64,000 nucleotides of DNA, taken from assembly GCA_902628965.1 (NCBI GenBank), contig CACOPB010000001.1:206491-270490 (forward strand), given 5' to 3'. A program made the position numbers and the translations under genes. The notes beneath the pieces are model-generated. The model was not told the DNA's origin. It made no database searches and saw only the letters and a program-made list of their open reading frames with translations. Shown here in pieces: positions 22,580 through 31,540 of this stretch (position 1 is its first letter; each line of letters begins with the position of its first letter). The DNA is from an uncultured Pelagibacteraceae bacterium. Its GTDB lineage: Bacteria; Pseudomonadota; Alphaproteobacteria; Pelagibacterales; Pelagibacteraceae.

Positions 22580-23839
22580 ATGGATAAATTTCTGATTAAT
22601 GGCCCTTGTAAAATCAAGGGTAATGTTTCAATTTCAGGTTCAAAGAATGCATCCCTACCGATATTAGCTGCAACATTATTGTTTGATAAACCTGTAGTTA
22701 TCAAAAATTTACCAAGAGTTAGAGACATTAATACAATGTTAAATTTATTAAAGTCTCTTGGTTCTAAAATAATTTTATCAAGAGATAAAAAAACAGCAAA
22801 AATTATAAATAAAAAAAATATGAAAACTTTTGCTAGTTATTCTTTAGTTAAAACAATGCGTGGTTCTATTTTAGTTTTAGGTCCACTTATTTCAAAATAC
22901 CATAAATCTAAAATTTCTTTACCTGGTGGATGTTTAATTGGTGCTAGACCGGTTGATTATCATCTAACTGCATTAAAAAAACTTGGTATGAAATATGAAT
23001 TAAAAGATGGATATATTCTTGCAAAATCAAAAGAAAAACTTAGCGGAACAACTATAAATTTTCCAGATATAAGTGTTGGGGCGACTGAAAATTCTATAAT
23101 AGCAGCATGTTTGGCCAAAGGAAAAACAGTTTTAAAAAATTGCGCAATAGAACCTGAAATTAAAGATCTTACAAATTTTTTAAATAAAGCTGGAGCGAAA
23201 ATAAAATGGACAGGAAGAGTTTGTAAAATCACAGGTGTAAATACTTTAAATGAAACTGAATATTCTGTAATGGCTGATAGAATAGAAGCAGGTACATTTT
23301 GTGTAGCAGCAACACTTGCAAAAGGTAATTTACAGATTAAAAATTTAAATCCTAAAATTATTAATACAGAAATAAAATTACTAAAAAAAGTTGGTGCCAA
23401 AATTAAAATTAGTGAAAATAAAATCTTAATTAAAGGACCTGAAAAAATAAAATCAGTAAAAAGCATCAAAACTAAAGAGTTTCCAGGCATTCCTACAGAC
23501 CTTCAAGCACAATTGATGGTTTTAATGTGTAAAGCAGTTGGCAATAGCTCAATAACTGAAAGTATTTTTGAAAATAGATTTATGCATGTTGCAGAATTAC
23601 AAAGATTAGGAGCAAAAATAAATATTAAAAATAATACTGCTACAATAGAAGGAAATACTAAATTCATTGGTGCCGAATTAATGTCTAGTGATTTAAGAGC
23701 TTCTGTTGCTTTGGTTCTAGCAGCGATAGTTTCTACAGGCAAATCATTTATTAACAGAATTTATCACCTAGATAGAGGTTATGAAAAAATAGAAAATAAA
23801 TTAAAAAAAATAGGCGTTAAAATCAAAAGATTAAAATAG
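22580..23839 (+). CDS. murA: UDP-N-acetylglucosamine 1-carboxyvinyltransferase
   Basis: SGSKNA, LPGGCLIGARP (catalytic Cys present), PTDLQ, FENRFMH, DLRA. Confidence 0.98.
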   Translation: MDKFLINGPCKIKGNVSISGSKNASLPILAATLLFDKPVVIKNLPRVRDINTMLNLLKSLGSKIILSRDKKTAKIINKKNMKTFASYSLVKTMRGSILVLGPLISKYHKSKISLPGGCLIGARPVDYHLTALKKLGMKYELKDGYILAKSKEKLSGTTINFPDISVGATENSIIAACLAKGKTVLKNCAIEPEIKDLTNFLNKAGAKIKWTGRVCKITGVNTLNETEYSVMADRIEAGTFCVAATLAKGNLQIKNLNPKIINTEIKLLKKVGAKIKISENKILIKGPEKIKSVKSIKTKEFPGIPTDLQAQLMVLMCKAVGNSSITESIFENRFMHVAELQRLGAKINIKNNTATIEGNTKFIGAELMSSDLRASVALVLAAIVSTGKSFINRIYHLDRGYEKIENKLKKIGVKIKRLK

Positions 23840-24231
23840 TGAATAAATATTTAGCAAAAATAATAGCAAGTGACCAAGAAGGGCTACAAATGATTTCAGC
23901 TTGTAGTTCAGGTGCTAAGGTTAAAATTGCTGATATAAAATATCTTGCATCAAATAAGGTTTTTTTATTATCAATTGAAAGAACCAAGTTGGAAAGTGAT
24001 CAGGAAGATAAAAAAATCAATAGTATTTGTAGGTTTGATTTTGTTGATAAAGTAAGATCAAAGAACATTGATCAATCAAATCAAGAGACTGTTTTAGAAC
24101 TAATAGGTATAGATTATTTGAAAAATAACGATGTTTATGAAATAAATCTTATTTTTAATAACAATGCCCATATTGCTTTAACTACAGAAACTATTGAGGC
24201 AAGACTAGAGGATCAAAGTGAAATTAAATAG
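23839..24231 (+). CDS. DUF2948 family protein
   Basis: GTG start; D...L..ISAC pattern; conserved position between murA and hisD in alphaproteobacteria. Confidence 0.8.
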   Translation: MNKYLAKIIASDQEGLQMISACSSGAKVKIADIKYLASNKVFLLSIERTKLESDQEDKKINSICRFDFVDKVRSKNIDQSNQETVLELIGIDYLKNNDVYEINLIFNNNAHIALTTETIEARLEDQSEIK

Positions 24232-24233
24232 TT

Positions 24234-25517
24234 ATGAAGATATTAAATAGTAAAAGAAAAAATTTTGATAAATTATTAGAGAATTTGCTTTTACAGAGAA
24301 AAAAAAAAATTCAATTAGACTCTGTTTCTGTAATAAATATAATTAAAGATGTAAAAAAAAATGGCGATAAAGCATTATTAAAATACGAGAAAAGATTTAA
24401 TAAAAACAATATAATTATTCCAAGCTCAAAACAAATAAAAAAATCTATAAATTCACTTGATAAAAAAGTAAAGAAAGCAATCGATATAGCTTATAATAGA
24501 ATTTATAAATTTCATTCACTTCAAAAATTTAAAAATATTTCTTACACAGATAAATTAAAAAACAAACTTGAATATAAATATGTCCCTTTAGAGTCCGTTG
24601 CAATTTATGTTCCTGGTTCTACTGCTTCATACCCATCAAGTGTATTGATGAATGCTATTCCAGCAATTGTTGCAGGCGTTAAGAGAATAGTTATGATTAA
24701 TCCAGGCCATAAAGGAAAACAAAATCCAGCCGTATTATACGCCGCAAAAAAATGCAAAATAAAAGAAATTTATTCTATCGGAGGGCCTTCTGCTATTGCA
24801 GCAGTATCTTATGGGACTAAAAAAATTAAAAAGGTTCATAAAATAGTTGGTCCAGGAAACGCATATGTTGCGGCAGCAAAAAAAGAAGTTTTTGGTGTTG
24901 TTGGAATTGAAGGTATGACTGCAGGTCCTTCAGAAGTGACTGTCGTTTGTGACAAATTCTCAAATCCTGAGTGGGTTGCAAGTGATTTAATTGGACAAGC
25001 TGAACATGATATTCTTGCACAATGTATTTTGATTTCAAAAGATAAAGATTTATTAGATAAAGTAAAAATTGAAATTACTAAACAATTAAAAGAAATTCCA
25101 AGAGCTTCTGTTGCAAGAAAAAGTTTAATTAATAATGGAATTCTTATGTATGTTTCTTCAGAAGCTAAAATAACAAGTGTAATAAATAAAATTGCACCAG
25201 AACATTTAGAATTAAATATTAAAAATTATAAATCGTTAGTTCCAAAAATAAAAAATTCAGGATCAATATGTTTAGGAAAATATGCAGTGATGGCAATGAC
25301 AGATTATAATGTTGGATCAAACCATGTGTTGCCAACTAATGGTTCTGCAAAATACTCAAGCGGTATAAGTGTAAATGAATTTTATAAAAGGATTTCATAC
25401 ATAAACTTATCAAAAAAGGGTATTGAAAGTCTTGGACCATCAGTTATAACACTTGCAAATTATGAAGGGTTGGTTGGACACGCTCAATCTGTAGTAAAAC
25501 GAATAAGGAGAAAATAA
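24234..25517 (+). CDS. hisD: Histidinol dehydrogenase
   Basis: [34 protein letters not shown]. Confidence 0.96.
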   Translation: MKILNSKRKNFDKLLENLLLQRKKKIQLDSVSVINIIKDVKKNGDKALLKYEKRFNKNNIIIPSSKQIKKSINSLDKKVKKAIDIAYNRIYKFHSLQKFKNISYTDKLKNKLEYKYVPLESVAIYVPGSTASYPSSVLMNAIPAIVAGVKRIVMINPGHKGKQNPAVLYAAKKCKIKEIYSIGGPSAIAAVSYGTKKIKKVHKIVGPGNAYVAAAKKEVFGVVGIEGMTAGPSEVTVVCDKFSNPEWVASDLIGQAEHDILAQCILISKDKDLLDKVKIEITKQLKEIPRASVARKSLINNGILMYVSSEAKITSVINKIAPEHLELNIKNYKSLVPKIKNSGSICLGKYAVMAMTDYNVGSNHVLPTNGSAKYSSGISVNEFYKRISYINLSKKGIESLGPSVITLANYEGLVGHAQSVVKRIRRK

Positions 25518-25519
25518 AT

Positions 25520-25735
25520 TTGTCAAAACAAGACTTACTGGAATTTAAAGGTACAGTGATAGACCTACTTCCGAACGCTATGTTTAGAGTAAAATTAGAA
25601 AATGGACATACTGTTACTGCCCATACAGCTGGTAAGTTAAGAAAAAACAGAATTAGAGTTCTCCAAGGTGATAATGTGACAGTTGAAATGACACCTTACG
25701 ATCTTACTAAAGGAAGAATTATCTTTAGGGGATAA
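25520..25735 (+). CDS. infA: Translation initiation factor IF-1
   Basis: TTG start; [14 protein letters not shown]...[22 protein letters not shown]. Confidence 0.97.
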   Translation: MSKQDLLEFKGTVIDLLPNAMFRVKLENGHTVTAHTAGKLRKNRIRVLQGDNVTVEMTPYDLTKGRIIFRG

Positions 25736-25739
25736 ATAA

Positions 25740-25814
25740 GGCTGAGTAGCTCAGGAGTAGAGCAGAGCCCTGAAAAGGCTTGTGTCGGAGGTGCGAATCC
25801 TTCCTCAGCCACCA
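25740..25814 (+). tRNA. tRNA-Phe(GAA) with atypical D- and T-loops
   Basis: GGCTGAG/CTCAGCC acceptor, GAGCC-CTGAAAA-GGCTT anticodon arm, T-loop TGCGAAT, ACCA. Confidence 0.92.
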
Positions 25815-25894
25815 CCATAAAGTTTCATCTTGAAATAATTGTAAAAGAAATTACCTTTAAAAGATAATAAATAACAAAAGGACTAAGAAATAAG

Positions 25895-26107
25895 ATGAGT
25901 ACACTACAAGGAAAAATTAAATGGTATAATGGTAAAAAGGGATATGGCTTCATTGAAAGAGATGATAAAGAAAAAGATGCCTTTGTTCACGCTTCAGCGG
26001 TAAAAGCTGCTGGTATGAGATATCTCAATGAAGGTGATAAACTTGAATTCACATTAGAAGATGGTCCCAAAGGTCCTTCTGCAGTTAATTTAAAAAAAAT
26101 AGACTAA
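25895..26107 (+). CDS. cspA: Cold-shock domain protein
   Basis: GKIKWYNGKKGYGFI (RNP1), AFVH (RNP2), GPKGPSAVN. Confidence 0.93.
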   Translation: MSTLQGKIKWYNGKKGYGFIERDDKEKDAFVHASAVKAAGMRYLNEGDKLEFTLEDGPKGPSAVNLKKID

Positions 26108-26124
26108 TTTAGAAATTATTTAAA

Positions 26125-26170
26125 AGGACGTTTTATCTATCAAATAGATAAACGTCCTCTTTCTATTTAG
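26125..26170 (+). terminator. Intrinsic terminator after the csp gene
   Basis: Long hairpin AGGACGTT(T)TATCTAT-CAA-ATAGATA-AACGTCCT followed by a T-rich tail. Confidence 0.75.
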
Positions 26171-26338
26171 ACCTTGAATATTAATTTTTTTTGTCTAAAA
26201 GACTGCTCATGAATATAAATATTACATACAGAAAGACTTTTAGAAGTACTCACAGAAACTGTTTTCATAGCCAGTAGGCTATTTATTTATATTATAATTT
26301 TAAATCCACATAAAATAAGATAAAAACAAAGAGGATAA

Positions 26339-26413
26339 GCCCGGGTGGTGTAATGGTTAGCACGGAAGTTTGTGGAACTTTAAGTTTGAGTTCGACTCTC
26401 AGCCCGGGTACCA
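26339..26413 (+). tRNA. tRNA-His(GTG), alphaproteobacterial type (no G-1, A73)
   Basis: GCCCGGG/CCCGGGT acceptor (G1:U72), GAAGT-TTGTGGA-ACTTT anticodon arm, A73-CCA; position -1 is A. Confidence 0.95.
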
Positions 26414-26417
26414 AAAA

Positions 26418-27812
26418 ATGAATAAAGAAAAAAAATTAATTCCTGGATTACCTTCAGGATTTGAAGATCGTTGGGATAAAAAACTTCTTCTCAAAAAAAA
26501 GCTTTTAAAAGCTATTGAGAATAATTTTATTAAATTTGGAGCAGAGGCTTTAGAAACCCCTTCGTTTGAGATTAGTGAAAATATAGGATCTTTCTTGGCA
26601 GAAGATGATGCTAATCCTATGTCTGATGTATTCTCGTTTCAGGATGGAGAAAAAAGCATTACTCTTAGGTATGATCTTTCAAGCCCACTGGCTAGATTTG
26701 TTGCACAAAATAATCAAGAGCTTCCATCAATCTTTAAAAGGTATGCTATTCAAAATGTCTTTAGAAATGAAAAGGCTGGTAATGGAAGATACAGAGAATT
26801 TATGCAAGCAGATTTTGATATTGTGGGAAATGTTAATCCTGCGCAAGCAAATGCGGAGCTTTGTAATTTAATATCAAGCACTTTGTTAGATTGTGGTCTA
26901 AAAAAAGATCAATTTACAATCAACGTTAGTAACAGAAAAATAGTTCAAGGATTAATTGATGATTTAAAAATATCAGAAGAAAAACAAGTAAAAGTAATTA
27001 GGGCAATTGATAAATTAGATAAACCAGGGTTTGGTTTAAAAGGTGTTGAAGATCTGCTTAAAAAAGAGAGAAAAGATATAAGTGGTGCAATCACTAAGGG
27101 TGCAGATTTAAACGATGAACAAGCGTCTGAAATACTTAATTTTCTAAAAATTAAAGATTTAAAAGAATTAAAAGAAAAATTAAAAAATCCATTGTCTCAA
27201 GAAGGTATAAAGGAATTAGAACAAGTATTTGAAGTATTGGGTTACAGTTCAAATTTAAATCAGATCAAAACAAATTTTACAATTGTTAGGGGATTGGCTT
27301 ATTATTCAGATTTCATTGTTGAAACAAATCTAAATTTTAAAGTTACAAATAACAAAGGTAAAGAGGTTGATATAGGTAGTATTTGTTCTGGAGGAGCCTA
27401 TGCAAAATTAATCTCAAGATTTAAAGGTGTAGATATTCCAGGCACCGGAATTAGTTTTGGAGTGGATCGATTGTTGTTTGCTTTGATGCAATTGGATCAA
27501 ATAAAAGTAGATAGTCAAAAACCAGTTTTAGTTTGTGTAATGGATGAAAAATATCTTAAAAATTATTATGAAATTTTAGATCTATTAAGAGATAATAATA
27601 TCAATGCTGAAATTTTTTTAGATACAAAGAAAAATTTAGGCAGGCAATTAACCCTAGCAAATAAACGTGAGTTGGATGTTGCAATTATATGTGGTGAAAA
27701 TGAATTTAATGAAAATACAGTCACTATAAAAAGTCTTAAAGGTGTTAAGGGTGAAAATAATAAAACATTTCCAAAAGAAAATTTAATCGATGAAGTCAAA
27801 AAACTTATCTGA
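26418..27812 (+). CDS. hisS: Histidyl-tRNA synthetase
   Basis: LRYDLSSPLARF, FRNEK..NGRYREFMQADFD, VRGLAYY, GISFGVDR; start moved to ATG 26418, 4 nt after the tRNA. Confidence 0.96.
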   Translation: MNKEKKLIPGLPSGFEDRWDKKLLLKKKLLKAIENNFIKFGAEALETPSFEISENIGSFLAEDDANPMSDVFSFQDGEKSITLRYDLSSPLARFVAQNNQELPSIFKRYAIQNVFRNEKAGNGRYREFMQADFDIVGNVNPAQANAELCNLISSTLLDCGLKKDQFTINVSNRKIVQGLIDDLKISEEKQVKVIRAIDKLDKPGFGLKGVEDLLKKERKDISGAITKGADLNDEQASEILNFLKIKDLKELKEKLKNPLSQEGIKELEQVFEVLGYSSNLNQIKTNFTIVRGLAYYSDFIVETNLNFKVTNNKGKEVDIGSICSGGAYAKLISRFKGVDIPGTGISFGVDRLLFALMQLDQIKVDSQKPVLVCVMDEKYLKNYYEILDLLRDNNINAEIFLDTKKNLGRQLTLANKRELDVAIICGENEFNENTVTIKSLKGVKGENNKTFPKENLIDEVKKLI

Positions 27813-28842
27813 AAATATCCTTAGATCGGTAAAATCTAAGGGTTTTAAATATATTGATTTACCCTCAGTAATTGAGGCTAATCACATTGTTCAAAGATCA
27901 GGAGAAAATTTTAGAAAGTTTATCTTCTCTTTTACCGATCAAAATGGAAGTGAGTTATGTCTAAGACCAGATTTAACAATTGCATCTTGTTTAAGATATT
28001 TAGAAAATAATTTAAAAGGTAAGGAAAAAATTTTTTATAGCGGTCAAGCTTATCGAAAATCGCAAAACAAAAAAGACTCAATCATTAGAAATCAAATTGG
28101 ATTTGAAATTTTAGGGTCAAAGGATGAAAAAAATGACGATAAAGAAATTATAAATACATCTCTTAAATCACTTCAAAATATAAAATATTCTTCAGGTACA
28201 CTCACTATTGGAAATGTTGAAATATTTAATTTGTTAATATCAAAATTAGACATCCCAAAGAGATGGAAGCTAAGATTATCTAGGCATTTCTGGAGAGAGG
28301 AATATTTTAATGATTTATTAAAAAGATTAGAAACTAATTCAGATGTTGATCCAACAATTGTAGAAATAGATAAAAAGCGTTATGTGAAAATGCTTAAAGA
28401 AGATTTGTCAAATGTTGTCGCAGGACGAACAATTAGTGAAATATTAAAAAGATTTGATCAGAAAATAAAAGATCCTAGAAGAGCAAGTAAAGGAAAAAAT
28501 GTATCAAAAATAATAAAAGATTTCCTAAAAATTAAATGTCCGATAAATAAAGCAGCAATTGAGTTAAATAAATTTTTTAAAAAAAACAGAATAAATTTAG
28601 CTGTAGATCAAAAATATTTTCCAATTTCTAATAACAAGGTTTCAAAATTAAATGTAGTATTTTCAGCATCCTTTGGAAGACAATTAGAATATTACACTGG
28701 GATGGTTTTTAAAATTGATATTAAATCTAAAAACTCATTAAAAAATATTATTAATGGTGGTCGTTATGATGGTCTAATTTCAGACTTAGGATCAAAAAAA
28801 CAAACTCCAGCAGTAGGTGCTGCTTTAAATTTAAATTACTAA
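27790..28842 (+). CDS. hisZ: ATP phosphoribosyltransferase regulatory subunit
   Basis: HisRS-like fold (LRPDLT, QIGFE, EYYTGMVF, GGRYD, AVGAA) between hisS and the short hisG. Confidence 0.92.
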   Translation: MKSKNLSENILRSVKSKGFKYIDLPSVIEANHIVQRSGENFRKFIFSFTDQNGSELCLRPDLTIASCLRYLENNLKGKEKIFYSGQAYRKSQNKKDSIIRNQIGFEILGSKDEKNDDKEIINTSLKSLQNIKYSSGTLTIGNVEIFNLLISKLDIPKRWKLRLSRHFWREEYFNDLLKRLETNSDVDPTIVEIDKKRYVKMLKEDLSNVVAGRTISEILKRFDQKIKDPRRASKGKNVSKIIKDFLKIKCPINKAAIELNKFFKKNRINLAVDQKYFPISNNKVSKLNVVFSASFGRQLEYYTGMVFKIDIKSKNSLKNIINGGRYDGLISDLGSKKQTPAVGAALNLNY

Positions 28843-29534
28843 TGACAAAAAATATTTTAAATATTGGAGTTCCAAGCAAAGGTAGACTTAGAAAAGATGT
28901 TTTAAATATTTTTAAAAAAAATAAATTAAATCTCATCTCTGAAAGAGGAGAAAGAGATCTTTTAGGATCTATAAAACAATTTAAAAATATTAAGATTTTA
29001 TATCTTCATGCAAGAGAGATCATCGAAAGACTTGGAGACGGATCTTTGGACATAGGTTTTTCTGGCTTTGATTTATTAAAGGAAAGTGAAATTAACACTC
29101 AAAAAAAAATTAATGTTTTAAAAAGATATGATTTTGGTAAGGCTACATTAGTAGTCGCAATTCCTGATCCGTGGATAGATGTACAAACAGTTGCAGATTT
29201 AGAAGAAATTGCATTTGAATTTAAAGATAAGAAAAAGAAAAGATTAAGAGTAGCAACAAAATATCCAAATTTAACAAGGGAATTTTTGTTTTCAAAGGGC
29301 GTTACCCAATTCAAATTAATTGATAGTTTAGGTGCAACTGAAGCTTATCCTTTTACAGGCTCATCTGAAATAATTACAGATATCACTTCTACCGGAGAAA
29401 CGTTAAAAGCAAACAATCTACGTATATTAAAGGATGGAGAAATATTAAGATCAGAGGCCTGTATGATGATTTCTAAGTCATCCAATAATAAAATGGGTCT
29501 TAAAAAAATTGTAAAATTACTTTCTAAAAATTAA
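28842..29534 (+). CDS. hisG: ATP phosphoribosyltransferase, short form
   Basis: PSKGRL, VATKY, GATE, DITSTGETLKANNL; no C-terminal regulatory domain. Confidence 0.95.
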   Translation: MTKNILNIGVPSKGRLRKDVLNIFKKNKLNLISERGERDLLGSIKQFKNIKILYLHAREIIERLGDGSLDIGFSGFDLLKESEINTQKKINVLKRYDFGKATLVVAIPDPWIDVQTVADLEEIAFEFKDKKKKRLRVATKYPNLTREFLFSKGVTQFKLIDSLGATEAYPFTGSSEIITDITSTGETLKANNLRILKDGEILRSEACMMISKSSNNKMGLKKIVKLLSKN

Positions 29535-29712
29535 ATCTTTCCAATAAATTAGTATAATTTTGATAATATCTAGATTTCTAATAATTGCATAAAGTGCAAC
29601 AATAACACAAATAATAAAGAATGTTTTTAATACTAAAATTAGTTCTATAAAGTATTTTTAAATATTTAAATACATTAATCAAATATTTACGATAAAATAA
29701 AAAATTAGAATC

Positions 29713-30810
29713 ATGGATAATATATTGTTAATTTTACTAGTTTTGTTATTAGGCGGCGTTTTAGCTATTCTTTATCTAAATTTAAAAACTAAGCCAAAAG
29801 ATGAAAATGAAAACAAAGAAGCTGAGGAAATAACTAATTTAAAATCAGAAATATCAAGTTTAAAAGATACCTTAAACACTACAATCAATAGCTCACTTGG
29901 TGCAATGTCGACTTCATTTAATAATCTATCAACTGGGGTTACTAAAGAAATGACTGAAACTTTAACTAAGGTAGAGGAAAAGGTCGGTAATTTTAATCAA
30001 CAAGTTCAACTATTAAATCAAAGCCAAGAGGGGATAACTAAAATTTTAGCTGGAGTTAAGAAATATGGAACTCTTGCAGAATTTAGCTTAGATGCTCTAA
30101 TTAAAGATTTACTACCAGCCTCTCAATTTATGACGAATGTTAAAATGAAAGAGGACACCAGTGAAAATGTTGAATTTGCAATAAAGCTTCAAGGAGATGT
30201 TTTGGTTCCTGTTGATAGTCATTTTCCAGTAGAAAAATTCAAAGCAATTACCGATGGTCATGACGTGGAAGACAAAAGGGCTGTAGCAGATGCTAGAGCA
30301 AAATTAGCCTCAGCGTTTAAAGCGAAAGCTAAAAGTGTTAATGAAAAATATATTGTTCCACCAAAAACTACTGATTTTGCAATCGTATATGCTCCTACAG
30401 AAAGTTTATACAAAGAGTTAACTGAATACCAAGATCCAAGTACAAAAGAATTATTAACTCAAGAGTTAATGAAAAAATATAAAGTTGTAATATGTGGACC
30501 TAATACTCTTTCTGCTTACTTACAGTCTTTACATATGGGATTTCAATCATTGAAGGTACAAAAAGGTGCAACGGAAATTTATAATCATTTAAAAACTATC
30601 AGTACAAGATTTTCTAAACATTTTGACAACATTATAGTTCTTAGAAAAAAATTAGAAGATGCTATGGGAGTTGTTGATAAATTTGGAACGGATGCAAGAT
30701 CAATTTCAAGAACCTTAGAAAATATTAAAGATCCCGAGCAGGTTGAGAAAGCTGTACAAACTGAAAACGTGGAAAAATTTGTTGAACCAAATAGGCAACT
30801 TAAAAATTAA
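29713..30810 (+). CDS. rmuC: DNA recombination protein RmuC family
   Basis: N-terminal TM anchor, coiled coil, GTLAEFSL..L, PVDSHFP, PPKTTDFAIVYAPTESLY, GPNTLSAYLQSL.MGF. Confidence 0.9.
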   Translation: MDNILLILLVLLLGGVLAILYLNLKTKPKDENENKEAEEITNLKSEISSLKDTLNTTINSSLGAMSTSFNNLSTGVTKEMTETLTKVEEKVGNFNQQVQLLNQSQEGITKILAGVKKYGTLAEFSLDALIKDLLPASQFMTNVKMKEDTSENVEFAIKLQGDVLVPVDSHFPVEKFKAITDGHDVEDKRAVADARAKLASAFKAKAKSVNEKYIVPPKTTDFAIVYAPTESLYKELTEYQDPSTKELLTQELMKKYKVVICGPNTLSAYLQSLHMGFQSLKVQKGATEIYNHLKTISTRFSKHFDNIIVLRKKLEDAMGVVDKFGTDARSISRTLENIKDPEQVEKAVQTENVEKFVEPNRQLKN

Positions 30811-30847
30811 TTTCTTTTTTTCCTTAATAACGTCTATAAGAAATCTC

Positions 30848-31534
30848 ATGCAGTGGAATCAAAAATATGATTATCCAAAATCATCAAGAGCAACAGTTGA
30901 TGGCATTAGAAGATACTTATTAGGGGAAACAAAATTACCAAGTGTCACTTCAATTTTAGATGCAACTCGATCTGAAGAAGATAAAGCAGCATTAGCAAAT
31001 TGGAGAGAAAGAACTGGGCAAAAAGAGGCTGAGGCAATTACAAAAGCAGCAAGTAGTAGAGGTTCTCAAATGCACAACTATTTAGAGTCCTATTTACTTG
31101 GAAGAGAAAATTTAAGTTTTTTTGAAGATAATGAACAATACAAATTAATGGCTAAAGAAATTATAGAAAAAGGTTTGAAAAATAGATTGGATGAAATTTG
31201 GGGTGTTGAATGCACTCTTTATTACCCAGAGAAGTATGCAGGTACTGCTGATTGTGTTGGGGTTTATGAAGGAAAAGAAACAATAATAGATTTTAAACAA
31301 AGTAATAAACCTAAAAAGGCTGAATATATAGACTCATGGCTTCTTCAAACAAGTGCATATTCATTAGCACATAACATTGTGTATAACTCCAATATCACTT
31401 CTTGTGTAATTTTGGTTTGCACAGTAGATAAATTATTCCAAGAGTTTAAAATTCAAGGGCATGATTTAATTGTTTATCAAAATTTGTTTTTGGGAAGATT
31501 AAAAAAATTTAATGAGCTATCGGATTTAACTTAA
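30848..31534 (+). CDS. Stand-alone PD-(D/E)XK exonuclease (phage exonuclease / MGME1-like)
   Basis: LPSVTSIL, RGSQMH, E, YAGTAD, IIDFKQS, Q..AY..A; start moved to ATG 30848. Confidence 0.88.
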   Translation: MQWNQKYDYPKSSRATVDGIRRYLLGETKLPSVTSILDATRSEEDKAALANWRERTGQKEAEAITKAASSRGSQMHNYLESYLLGRENLSFFEDNEQYKLMAKEIIEKGLKNRLDEIWGVECTLYYPEKYAGTADCVGVYEGKETIIDFKQSNKPKKAEYIDSWLLQTSAYSLAHNIVYNSNITSCVILVCTVDKLFQEFKIQGHDLIVYQNLFLGRLKKFNELSDLT

Positions 31535-31540
31535 GATTTT

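Noticed and set aside
26370-26417. N-terminal extension of hisS in the ORF track (GTG start within tRNA-His)
   Set aside because: It overlaps the tRNA gene; ATG 26418 gives the expected HisRS N-terminus
29517-29675. Hydrophobic minus-strand frame MYLNI*KYFIELILVLKTFFIICVIVALYAIIRNLD... between hisG and rmuC
   Set aside because: In-frame TAA at codon 6 and no alternative start; AT-rich DNA gives hydrophobic frames by chance. It could be a decayed small gene, but I cannot support that.
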